Shown here: positions 1 through 14,160 of the stretch, in pieces
Layout of the letters: every line of letters begins with the position of its first letter
Position numbering within the stretch: position 1 is the first letter of the stretch
Assembly: GCA_009914755.4 (NCBI GenBank)
Contig: CP068257.2
Location: 23,712,001-23,776,000, forward strand
Source of the DNA: the human T2T-CHM13v2.0 reference genome, Homo sapiens
DNA: 64,000 bases
Reading direction: 5' to 3'
Notes under the pieces: model-generated
Told to the model about the DNA's origin: nothing
The model's database searches: none
The model's input: the letters and a program-made list of their open reading frames with translations, nothing else
Made by a program: the position numbers and the translations under genes

Positions 1-759
1 ACCAGTCAAAGAAATGCAATTCTTTGAGATTCGCACTGAGACACCATCTCACACCAGTCAGAATGGCTATTACTAAAAGGTCAAAAACAACAGATGCTGG
101 TGAGGCTGCAGAGAAAAGAGAATGCTTATACCTATTGGTGGGAATGTAAATTAGTTCAGCCACTGCGGAAAGCAGTTTGGAGATTTCTCAAAGAACTTAA
201 AACACAGCTACCATTTGACCCAGCAATCCCATGACTGGGTATATATCCAAAGTAAAATAAATAAAATAAATTGTTCTACCAAAAAGACACATACATTTGC
301 ATGTTCATTGCTGCTCTATTCAAAATGAAGACATGGGATCAACCTAGGCGCCCATCATTGATGGATTTGATAAAGAAAATGTGGTACGTACACACCATAA
401 AATACTATGCAGCCATTAAAAAGAATGAATTCATGTCCTTTGCAGACACATGGATGCAGCTGCAGGCCATAATCCTAAGTGAATTAATGCAGAAACAGAA
501 AACCAAATACATGTTCTCACATATAAGTAGGAGCTAAACACTGAGTACACATGGACATAAAGATAAGAACAATAGACACTGCAGACTAGTAGAGAGGAAA
601 GGGTGGAGGGCAGGTTGAAAAACTGACTATTGGGTATGACGCTCACTATCTGGGTGATGGGATCCATCCCCCAAACCTCAGCATCATGTAATATACCCAT
701 GTAACAAACCTGTACATATACCCCCTAAAATAAAAGTTGAAATTGTTTAAAAAAAAATC
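1..759 (+). mobile_element. LINE-1 3' end (ORF2 C-terminal region, 3'UTR and A-tail), truncated by the window edge; L1PA/L1PB-like
   Basis: ORF 271..537 reads as the L1 ORF2 C-terminus (...KTWDQPRRPSLMDLIKKMWYVHTIKYYAAIKKNEFMSFADTWM...). Canonical L1 3'UTR ends 'gtaacaaacctgtacatatacccc...taaaataaaagtt', followed by an A-run at ~750-759. Confidence 0.88.
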
Positions 760-3467
760 TTAAATAGGCTGTGAATGTAGTGAAGTTAGGTAAATTCAGT
801 GAACAAATAACATTTGAATGAAAATCTAGCAATTAAAGAGTTAAAATGGTACCCCACTTCCCCCAGAAGTTTAGAGGGATGGTTAAAAAATGAAATTGAG
901 TCTTTGTTATGTCTTGGGGTGTTATCCTGTTTCTGATATTTATCAGCGAAGATGTTTTGAGCAATGTAGCCACTCAAAGACTTACTTTTATGAGATGTAA
1001 ATTATGAATAACACCTACTTCACATAGCTGTTGTAAAGAGTAAAAATTTTAATGTATGGCAATATTTCATAGAACCTCTGAAACATAGAAATGCTCAATA
1101 ATTGGCAGAGTGTTTGTTTTATTTTGTTTATAATCAGAGTTTTAGGCTAAAATTCCAATGCAAAAGAAGCTAATTTGGGCTATTAGGATGCTATCAAGAG
1201 ATTTTTATCCCATAGATGAAAAAAAATGGATTTCTATGAAAAAAGAACAAAAAATTGTTTGAAATAGGATGAACACAAAACAATAGTACATGAAACAGCC
1301 TACTTACATTATAAAATGGCAATCACCCTTGAATTCTAGCTGCAACAGATAAACATTAAATTATCATCATAAAACCAAAATAAACTACAAATGTTATCTG
1401 AAGGAGAGAGGTGGAACTTGCTCATTAAATGTGGCTTATCAATCTCAATGTGTCCACTTATAATATGTGCAGGAGATTATACCGCCGAGAGGGGAGAAAA
1501 AGGGGGCTATGTATGTCCCCAGAGCGCTGCTGTTAAAGCTAGAATTCACTAAATATCATTCATCCACTTCATAATTCATCCAAAGGAACTCTAAGCCAAA
1601 TAATTTTGCATCTTATTTTAAGGAATAAATAGTAATGGCTTTTGAAAATCTTAGTTTCTCAAAATAAAAACCATACACGTGATTGGCTGGCAAATGCCAA
1701 AGTTTTTCCTGGCAACCCTCTGCCTCCCTGGGGGAGTTCAAGTTTCTCCACGCTCATTGAGATCTCTACCATCACCTTATCCTTACCCAGCACAAAATAT
1801 CAAATCTGTATCAAGGGACAAATACAGCCGTCAAGGGTTCATAATGAATCTGTTATACAAGGTTGTGAAGCTTTTGGTGTGAGGATGAAATAAGAGCCAA
1901 AGTTCACATCTTCTGCTTGTTTCTTCTTCCCCAAAATTCAGCTGGATGACTGAGAAGGACCAGGGGGGGTAGAGGTTTAAGAAAGACACTACTCTTTTGA
2001 AAGTTCAAGAGAAGACAGAAGAGGAGGGCAAAGGGATCTTCAAAGTTCACCTAAGGGGCTGGGCCCCTCAACTAGGGCTTGAGTACTTAATGAAGCCTAC
2101 ATATTTCCAAAGGGTTCCATGGTGTACAGCTATGATCAAGCATTCTTAATCTACTCTCTGTTTTCGAGCAACAAGACAAATCTTTGTGAAAACTGGTTTC
2201 ATCCTTTGGCTACAAGAGATGTTCGGCTGTTCAATGAAGTGGGAAGGGAAGAGATAATGCCTCTTTCTACATAGAATTTGTTAGGTGTAGATTCCTCTAT
2301 ATGCTTCTTGATGCCTTTTCACCCCTGTCTTTCTTTTCCTTCTTATGGCATTTATTTCACACACCCATATCTTCTAATTAGGTAAACTCTGAAACTGAAA
2401 ATATTTTCTTTAAAAGTAAATAAATAAAACATGTCCCTTTGCAGCTCCTGCTATGCAGCTATGCCCACTGTCTCTCTCCTGGTTGATGCTCACCACTGAT
2501 TTTATGCTGTCAGGCATTCCATTCACACAGAGTTTAGGTTCTTATCCTTAGTGGCATTGGCCCATCAAGGAGTTTTATTTTTACCCAAACCCCTTAATAT
2601 CTTTATCTCTAAAGACATTTTCCTTCTCCTAAAGATGTTCTCTATCTTTCACTTACGTCACCTGCAACTATGGCCATAATCTACCAGCCTATAACTGCTG
2701 CCTCCAAAATCCCTAAATCAAGGCTCCTGATTTTTTATCACAAAATTATATCATTTCTAGACTAACTTCTAGTATACTTATGAGAACTCTTTAATATGGA
2801 AGAGATGTGTGTATGTTTAAAAGCCAGTGAAAATGGTCCATTTGTTTGAGGCCAGCTGAAGCTACAAGAAAACAAAGATACCAGCTGATAAGGTAAAAGT
2901 CTAGTCTATCAACACCTCTAACCTCTCTTAGCCCATCAGACCTCCCAATTCATCACTCTATAGATTCCATGAGCCATAAATTTAGTACTTTATTTTCTGA
3001 GCCGTGAAACCTTTTCTCCCTTTGTCTTTGCACCCGTTTAGCAAAAGTCTAGCTCCAGTTGATCTCCTTTGCTTTCTCTTCTCATGCCTATGTTAAACAT
3101 AGGAGACTATCAAAAAACCATTCCATCCACCTGTGCCTTGGATCCTGTCTTTTCTCATCTTCCCATTAATTTGTGCTATTATCTATATCTTCCTCCTTTT
3201 GTATATTTAACCTCTCCTATTGACTTCTAAACAGGCTCACATTTCTCTCATCCTAAAAAGAAAGTTAAACTCAAGCTCTCATTCCCCAACTGCTTTCCTG
3301 TCTCTTTTTCACTCTTCAAATGCAAATCTCTTAAAAAATTTGCCTTCACCCACTGATTTCATTTTCTCACCTACCTCTCACTCCCCACCCACGCCAATAT
3401 GACTTCCATTCCCACCACTCAACCAAATAGCTCCAAGCTCACTAATGTTTCCATTCTGATAAATTTG

Positions 3468-3652
3468 ATGGTATTTTGGGGTAGCAAAATACCTTCAAAT
3501 ACCTTCCAGACAGTGTCTTCTATGAGGTTCCATGTTTTCTAGAATGGTATTTTGGGGTAGCAAAATGTTTCCTGGAATGGTATTTTGGGGTAGCAAAATA
3601 CCATCAAATACCTTCCAGACAGTGTCTTCTATGAGGTTCCATGTTTTCTGGT
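3468..3652. repeat. local tandem duplication (two ~75-bp copies with a partial ~35-bp copy between)
   Basis: 'atggtattttggggtagcaaaatacc.tcaaataccttccagacagtgtcttctatgaggttccatgttttct' occurs at ~3470-3540 and again at ~3577-3647. A partial 'aatggtattttggggtagcaaaatgtttcctgg' lies between them. Confidence 0.8.
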
Positions 3653-6099
3653 CCCTCCCATCATGCAAATTCATGTGCAAATTGTACTTCCTCATTCCTT
3701 AGGTTCCAGGAGAGTGGCTTTCTTTCAGGTCCGTAAGCCTGCCAAGCTCCTTCTTGCCACAGATCTGGTGCTCTTTACCCGGAATGTTCTCAATATTCTC
3801 CTCCTATGTTAATTAGTTGATCCTTCTCAGCCTTCTGATCTCTATCTAAATATTGTTCCTTCTGGGAGTACTTCTCTGACCTAAATCAGAGAAATATTTA
3901 TTATGAAAATGACCAATTATAAAATTAGTCTTTTTGCAATTCAGTTCCTTTCATTATCTGCTTGGCTTTTAATACTTGAAATTTTATATTTATATTTTAT
4001 TACTTTCTATTTATGATTATAGGATAATTTTATTAAGGTTTGTTAAACTATAAGGTCCATGAAGGCAGGTGAAATTACTGCTTTCATATTACTGCATTCT
4101 CAGTTATTAGCAGAGTTCCTGGCACACAGTAGGTACTCAGAAATACTTTTTAAATGCATATTTGTCAAGACAGGATAGAGCCAGATGATATCCAAAGTTT
4201 CTCATTTCTACCAAATGGATAACTTTAAGATATAGATTTTTATTTTAACATTGTTTATGATATTTATTGAGTTTCAGGCTTCCAGGTCTATATTATTCTA
4301 AAATTAATATACTTACTTAAATTTATTTAACTTTTTGTTTTTATTTTTGTTCCAGTGGCATTTGATTTTTTAAGTTTTTTGTTTTTTAATAATTATAAAA
4401 TTATTTTTAAATCAATTCCATTTAGTTGTCATCCATCTCTCAGAAAGTCTTATTTTTTCTTTCAAATTAATATCTTGCCTTTAATTCTATAATAGTAAAA
4501 GTGATCATCTGTATCAGGAATTTAATACTTTGGTGGTAACTAGCAAATGTTACTCTGCTCCTCTACACCCCTAGGTCTTTATTTCAATTAGTATAATATG
4601 CTCATTAAACTAAGACATCTATTATGTTGCCAGCATTCACATAACAGATGGAAAAATGTCTCATATGGGTCAATTGGAATAATTTTGCTAAATTAACATT
4701 GTAGCCTTTTATAAGAGGGTCTTAGTAGCTACTGTTATTAACAGAAATAGGGCATAAATTGAAATGAGGTTTTTTATGTTTGGCCTACTCTGGGTAGATT
4801 TTTAATTGACAAGTCTGTGTAGATGCCAGCTATGCTTTCAAAACATACCTTACTCATGCACCCATAGAGCCATTTGCCAATTTGTACAGTATTAAGGATC
4901 ATGCATTTTTACCTGGCTCACTATAAAATAGAGTAAAGTTCCTAATGATAACTTCAGAAATACTATCTATTTTACCTGAATACCTGAAATGGTCTTTACA
5001 CCTTTTGGGTCAAAAGATATCCCTGAACAAAAGGCCTCTTTTCCACCTTCCAGGAATATCCTAATTCTATATGATTCAGCCCCTACCCAAGGCACCTTGT
5101 TTCACTCTTCCTTGGCCAACATGGTGACCCTCCACTGGTCAGCTCACCGGTCAGGCTTTAATAACAGAAATAAAATAAATCAACAATGATTAGCGACCAC
5201 CTGTACTCTACTTAGCCCTGCTCTACTTTCTTACTAGTGTAGCCAAGACCAAGTCACCTGCTCTCTCCTCCTTTGTTTTCTCAACTTTAAAACCTACCCT
5301 AACTCACACAGTCATTATGAATATTTAATGTGTGAACACAGTAAGATTTTTAAAGGCATTTGACAAATGGATTTCACTTGTGTTGTGACCCATACACATT
5401 TCCATTCACTGGCTAGCTTGAGCCCAGGTGACCCACTTGCCCGCCCACCTGTACTCTTCCTCTCCTCCATGTTGCTCCTCAATGAATTAACCTTCCCTAA
5501 AGCACTACTCAGGTAGCACTTCACCAATGCAAAGCTTTTAGTGATGCTCCATAACCTAAAAAGTGAGTAAAAATCCCACAATCTAACCCCGTTCCTACCA
5601 CATATCCCCATCCTCCCATATTTTGACGCCAAAAAATATGTCGATACAATGGGCGGGGATAGTCATTAGTGCTGAGGGGAGGGACTCGAGAAAACTAATT
5701 TTACAATTAGTCATTTCTTAATAAATATTTCTCTGTTTTGATGGCCTTTGGTCAGCTTTTGCTGGCTGCCTTCCCAGAAATTGACTGTGATTTGGACCTG
5801 GGAAGATATCCAGAAGAACTAGTGAAAGATTATCAGAGAGCAGAAAACAAAACACCTTGTCTAAGAGTCTCTTATTTCTACCATATAGAGTATACTTTTA
5901 TTATATAATCTTAAAAATACTCCCATAAAGCTTATTAAGCTAAGGCAATAGCTCATATTTGGCAACCAAGATGAACTAACCTAAATGACCAGTGAGAAAA
6001 GTTGAGCACCAAGACCTCCTGAGGTCATTGGCTAAAGGAGAAACTTCATGCCCCATAGAGGTGGACAGCACCCCTCATAGATGCCCCAGAAGAGTGTCT

Positions 6100-6360
6100 G
6101 AGTTCTCCAGTGAGAACACATGGACACAGGGAGGGGAGCATCACACACCGGGGCCTGTCAGGGGGTGGGGGAGTCAAGGAGAGGGAGAGCATTAGGACAA
6201 ATACCTAATGCATGTGGGGCTTAAAACCCAGATGACGGGTTGATGGGTGCAGCAAACCACCATGGCACATGTATTCCTATGTAACAAGCCTGCACGTTCT
6301 GCACATGTATCCCAGGACTTAAAGTGTAATAAAAATAATCATCATCATAAAAAGAAAGAA
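6100..6360 (+). mobile_element. LINE-1 extreme 3'-end fragment (~260 bp, heavily 5'-truncated)
   Basis: 'gagaacacatggacacagggaggggagcatcacacaccggggcctgtcagggggtggggg...gggttgatgggtgcagcaaaccaccatggcacatgtat...cccaggacttaaagtgtaataaaaata' matches the L1P 3'UTR terminus. Confidence 0.8.
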
Positions 6361-7577
6361 AAATGGATAGGTATAGCAAGAGGGTTGAATGGAAGTGGAC
6401 ACCTGTGTTGGGTAGTCAGAGGACATTAGAGGAACCTTGAGAGCCTCAGAAGGGGAGGTGACCGAACTGGAAGAGGGTGTTGTCCACAGACTGCCTGGAA
6501 AAAGATACCTATAGCTAAGATTGGACTAGTTGTACCCATGATCATTGTGCCAGGGACTGTGATAGCTTAGGTCACCGTAGTATGAGAATGCCCTTCATCA
6601 CTGCTGCAGCCCATGAAGGCTTCCAAATAATTCTGCTCTCTGCTGCCTCCAGCTGCAGCACAAGGGAGCTAGGTCAGAGACAACTTGAACAGTTCACAAA
6701 ACATTGTTATGAAGATGAAATGAAAACCAGGCAACAAGTATATTCTCTTAGCTTGTGTTGGCCAATTGTTTGCTTATGGGGGAATGACTTTTGAAGACTT
6801 GATCTAGAGATGGAATCCACAGTCCTCTTTCTCATTTCATCCAAACTGAGTCTGCTGTTTTGTGTTTTATTTATAGAGCAGTCAGGTTCCTTTCTTCCCT
6901 GAAGCCAACCTAGTACCTAGGGCACTAAGATTATGTTAAGAGGCTTTTGTGTGCTAATGTGCTAATTCAAGGCTGATGGAAGTGAATTTTTATCATAATA
7001 ATGTGAATAAAATACATTTTTCTGAAAAAAAAAAGTGAGTTCTCACCAAAACCAGTGGAAGGAGCCCATGATCCACCAAACAGGGACTTCTCAGCTACAA
7101 ATGGGAACGTTTGTGTCTCCAGCTGGGCTGCAGCTCCACCTGCAGAATGAGGAGGAAGGGACCACAAAGTAAACAGGTGATAGTCATTACTAACATTTCC
7201 ATCATCTGCTTTTCCTCTCAATGGCCAGTTAACACAAGATGTCCTCTTGCACAGATGCAGAATCTCATAAGCCATCAACTTTACCCTGAATAGAAGTAAA
7301 AAGGTCTTTATTCATTTTTCCTCCCCCCTAAATTTATTAAATACCTGATAGATGTCAAACACTGTTAGGTATGAAGATACAGTCATGAGTGAAGCATGTT
7401 CTTGGAAAGAAGACATAGCCCAGCTCTCCATAGAAATGAAATACAGCAATAATATATGTATTTATAATAGGTTAATGGGTTTTTTTGTCTACAAAAAAAA
7501 ACAAATTTTTCTATCACTTAGCAAAGTGACTAGGTCATTTTACTTTTTTGAACTTGATTATTTGGCTAATATTATAA

Positions 7578-8792
<1,215 letters not shown>

Positions 8793-10477
8793 AAAATGGG
8801 AGAAGCGGGAACTAGGGACTTTCCATTTAACCACGATGTATGGTGAGTGATTGATTCCATTTATAACACACTCTAGAAATGACAGAAGTTATAGATATGG
8901 AAAACAAATTAGTGGTTCTCAGGGGTTAGAGATTGTGGGGAGTAGGAGGATGAACACTATAAAGAGGTAGCATAAAGGAGGTTGTGATGATGGGATAGTC
9001 CTCTATCTTGCTTATGATGGTTTTTACACAAATCCACAATGCTGATAAAAGGACATCTCACTCATAGGTGATAAAATGGCAACATTGTACCAGTGTCAAA
9101 TTCCCGGTTTTGACATGTGCTATTGTTACATAAGGTGTAGTCATTGAGGAAACTGCAGGAAGGGGGCGTGAGACCCGTCCATACTATCTCAACTCCCTGT
9201 GAATCTATAATTATTTCAAAATTAAAAGATATTTTTTAAAAAGGAAACAAGCATTAGGGACTTTCCATGGAAACATCGGTTAAACATTGGTATAGAAACC
9301 AGATCTACTTTTAATTGAAATCAGACGTGGCTCTTAGAGTGTTGGGCACATAAACAGGTGTCTCCATCTCTTTAACATTGACGAGGGAAGTATGCTGCAC
9401 GCATAAAGGACCACCTGGTCAGCTGGTTGGTGTTACATCCTTGATAATATGAGACTAAACCTAATGTTTAGAAGAGAAAGCAAATAGCTTGAAGCCAGCC
9501 ACCTAACAGATTCTGTTGCTTCTAATTTCTATCATATAGTTTCTGATTATTACCTTAGGTAAAATAAGAAATATCTCAATTAAAAATTCAAAAACTTTTC
9601 TTTGGAAATTGTTAAAAGTGGAACCATTAAAGTCAGACAAATTAGATCAGACACAAAAGTTTAAGATATGCAGAAATTTTTCAGGCTAATGGCCTAAAGT
9701 ACCTCTTGAGCTTTTCTTATCATCAATGTCTATGGTTATATTATTTCTGTTGAGGTAAAATTATCTACATAATGCTATTACCTAGGTCTCCTGTGTATAA
9801 GGATAACGGAAAGTGCTTCCACGCTTTGCAAATACATTATGGTCTGAAAGAATATTAACATTTTGTCTATATAAGTTCCTAATGGGAATATTTCTACAAC
9901 ACTAAAATAATTACTCAAAATGGCTCTCTACTCATAATTGCAACAAATTTTATAAAATTACAGATTTGAGGATATATTACTATATATTGTATCTTGCGTT
10001 GTTAAGATACTAGACATTCTGATTCAGTTTAAATGTTCATCAAGTTTACGCATATTTTTATGTGTATCTATGATTTAAAGAAAGACAAAGTGATAAAATA
10101 GATCATTGAATAAACTATCTAGTCCACTCTACAAAATAGTACACCTGTTATATCTCAGCTTAAAATAATTATATAACTAGTTACATCCTGTAATTTGCTA
10201 ACACAGTTTTTGACTACCTACAGGATATGTTCTGTGGATTCATTTTTATAAGCCATAGCTGTTCGGACCCAATGACTAATAGCTTCCGTAAGTGAAAATT
10301 CAGAACTAGAGCCAGAAAAGAAATACAACATCTCTAGTACTCTAAAGGTACTTAGAGGATGTACACTTTGGGGTATGCAGGTGTGAGGAGCCAGTGGGAT
10401 AATAGTAGAAGGCTTCTTTTTAGCCTCAGGATCAAGCCACATTCCCCAACATGTTTGCAAAATACCTTGTAATTTGA

Positions 10478-10775
<298 letters not shown>

Positions 10776-11184
10776 GAGGGATTTTTTTTTAAAGGTACCG
10801 GTATGCTTCTTCACCATGTCATTCTGGTGTCTATTGCTCTAGTAAGTTAGAACCATGGGAAAACGAAAGCATTAGTCCATAACTAATACTTGTCCATAGC
10901 AGAATTAGTATCTGCCAAACCCCAAAACCATCCTACTCAAATACAAGGTGTACACATAAAATTTGACAATATCTTTAAGAATCATTTGAAACATAATAAA
11001 ATAGAAACATTTTTGGTAAACATTTCAGGTTACATGTCTTTCTGTTTTTAAAAACTCTAAAAACGGGTCATAATTTCTATAGGTAGACGTTCTTTAATCA
11101 AATCAATCAATCCATTTTATTCAGATACCCTATATCTAGTACTAGTTCAGAAAATTCATTTTTCTTTATCAACAAATAAAAATT

Positions 11185-11400
11185 ATATGTATATATTACG
11201 TACAACATGATGTTTTTCTACAGGTATATGTTGTGGGATGGCTAAATCAAGCTAATTAACATATCCATTACATCACATACTTATTTTTTGTGATGAGAAT
11301 ATGTAAAATCTACTCTTAGTAATTTTCAAGTATACGATATATAGTTATTTACTAAAATCACCATATTATACAAAGAATTTATACAGAAAATCTTTTGTAA
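11185..11400 (-). mobile_element. old LINE-1 3'-end fragment (antisense)
   Basis: 'ggtatatgttgtgggatggctaaatcaagctaattaacatatccattacatcacatacttattttttgtgatgagaatatgtaaaatctactcttagtaattttcaagtatacgatatatagttatttactaaaatcaccat' resembles the antisense L1M/L1P 3' region ('gtgatgagaacacttaagatctactctcttagcaactttcaagtatacaatacagtattgttaactatagtcaccatg'). Boundaries are approximate. Confidence 0.45.
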
Positions 11401-13801
11401 ATAAATACTAACTCAATAAATGCAATTAAGTGGCATACTTTTTGAAAATGTCTGACCAGTGAGGAAATAGATAAATAAAATGTGACATAGAATATAATAG
11501 ATTTCTTTAGGACAAGTAAAAAATAAAAATTTCATATCAAGATGGATATAATACAAAAGTATAAAATGTGGAGGAAGCATATTTCAGAATATGTGAAGAT
11601 ATGCTACAATTTGTATAAAATTTTAAATCATACCAACATCATATTTTATACTGCTCATGAATACTGTTTGCATTAAATAATAAAAAATAGAAAATAAAAC
11701 ATTAAATTTATGATAAAAGCTTTCTTTAAAAAAGGAGAAAAAATAAATTAAGGATGGCAGCTTAAGGGCACTTCAGATTTATCTGTAATATATTTTAGTA
11801 ATTTAAAACACATAATAAACTTTTTGTGGAAAACAAAATTCAGGTATAGTTTATGTTCATCAAGAAATGAAAATTATCGTTTAACAAATTTCTTCTTACA
11901 TTTCATCTTATACTTTTTTTAGGGACCATCTGTGATTATTTATGAACCAAAAGAAACAAAGTGTTTCATAAACTATACAGACAAAGTCTGCTTTTGGTCT
12001 ATATTTTTTTATGAGAACACCATGACTAATCTGACAGAATATGCAGTATAAGAAGTATTTTCTTATAGTTATTTCTACTATTCTTTTCTTTCTCATGAAA
12101 GGACTCACTGAAATTGTGCAGGATGGATGGAATCCCTGCCACTAAACTCCTACACATCAAAAACAAACGTGTAATTCAGTAAAATGGAAGCTGGTGAGTC
12201 TGTGCTTCCTGCCAACCCCAGGGAAGATCCAAGTTTCTTTTGTGATACTGTACAACTCACTGCTTCTTCAGGAGGTATCATCAACAGAGGTCTTGTGCAC
12301 TCTGAAAATAAGAATGCCAGCCCAGAGTCACAGCAGGCTTTTTCTTTCCAGAATTTCTACCTCAAGAACAGACTCATGAGGACCACAGCGGTCTTGGTAA
12401 GAGACCTCTTCTTTTGGAAAAAACTCATACCTTGGTTTTATACACTGTACTAGCCTCTCATGGGGTTCTGTTATCTACATCCCCTCTCAAAGGCTATCTT
12501 CCATTACATAGTTAACCCTGGACCCCGAGTCTAGACTGAACTGTGAGTCCTCAAATTTTGTTTTCATGTCCACCGATAAGCCCTATCTGTCTAGACTACA
12601 CAGCTATGAAATACTACAAAAATCTCAGTCAATTTCCAAATCTTGAACACAAATCTATTCCATGCAACTCATGTGTCATGCATATTTTACTGTATTCTTA
12701 TCCTCTGAAAGTTAGTTGTGTTTTAAAACACGTAGGAAAATTCTCTCTTAACCAAATTATTTTAGCAAAATATTATACACATATTTGCAAACATTGCACA
12801 CATTTATGCTGCTTAAACAGTGACTGACTAATAAGCAAGAACTAGAGTAGACTCTATCCAGCCAGCCAAACGCCAGCTCTCCCTAAGTGCTCTGCTTGTG
12901 GCTCTGTCCACCTTCTGACTCTGCTGTCTCTACTCTTTATCATACGTCTTCTAGTTTTCCGGAGAGAGATGTTCTAGATATGTACCTTCTGATTTAAGAA
13001 AAAAGCACCTCTATCTCTGGCCAATTGTAAAAATTGACAGCAATATATCATATCCATCATTGTTATAAAAATACTGTGTATATCAAAATATACTACTCCC
13101 CTTTGTTATGCTGATGATATCTGGTTGCCCTCTATAAAGGGACAAGGGTTTCTATAACCACAAGCCTGCTTCGCCACATGCCCCTCTTCCTTGAATAAGA
13201 AAGGTTCAGACCATGAGTCGACTAGACCCCAACACTCAGTTGTCCCAAGAGGCATGATTGAGGGTAGAAGGAATAGCAGAGACAGCATATGCACAACCAT
13301 TTTTAGAACTTTGGCAACAGGTAGTTTAGGTGAGCTTTTGAAAGGTGCATAGAGGCTCCCGCTCAGTCTTTCACCTGTGTCTCAGTATTATGAAGGCAAT
13401 TCTGTTTGGTTTGTGTTTTGTTTTGGCAGTGCTACAAAGGACCTCAACACTTCCAGCCAAGGCAGGACCCCTCTAATGAAAAAATATTTGTCCTGAGGGC
13501 CCCCCTTGGGGTGGCAGAGACACTGATGTGTCAGTTGAGATTTATGACAATGATGTAAAGCAGAGAAAAGACCATGCAGGGTTGGCTCACAAAACTGTTG
13601 GTGGAGTTGGGGGGAAAGGACAGGCCACTGGGCTGCTGCCATTGCTAGGAGTGGGAGAAAGATTCAATCGAGAACTTATTGAGTGCCTACTATGTGGCAG
13701 GAACTTAACGGAAGTGATCATCTCCTAGTTCTTATGGTCACTTTTTGAAATGGTTACTACTATCCATATTTTATGGATCAAATTTTCCAAATATTTATTC
13801 A

Positions 13802-14160
<359 letters not shown>

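Noticed and set aside
1676-1695. E-box (cacgtg) immediately followed by an inverted CCAAT box (gattggctgg), a promoter-like motif pair.
   Set aside because: Isolated 6-8-bp motifs with no CpG island, TATA/Inr context or downstream ORF or exon. Expected by chance many times in 64 kb.
5640-5700. GC-rich patch with 'gggcgggg' (Sp1-like) near 5651.
   Set aside because: Single short motif in a 60-bp patch with no CpG-island properties.
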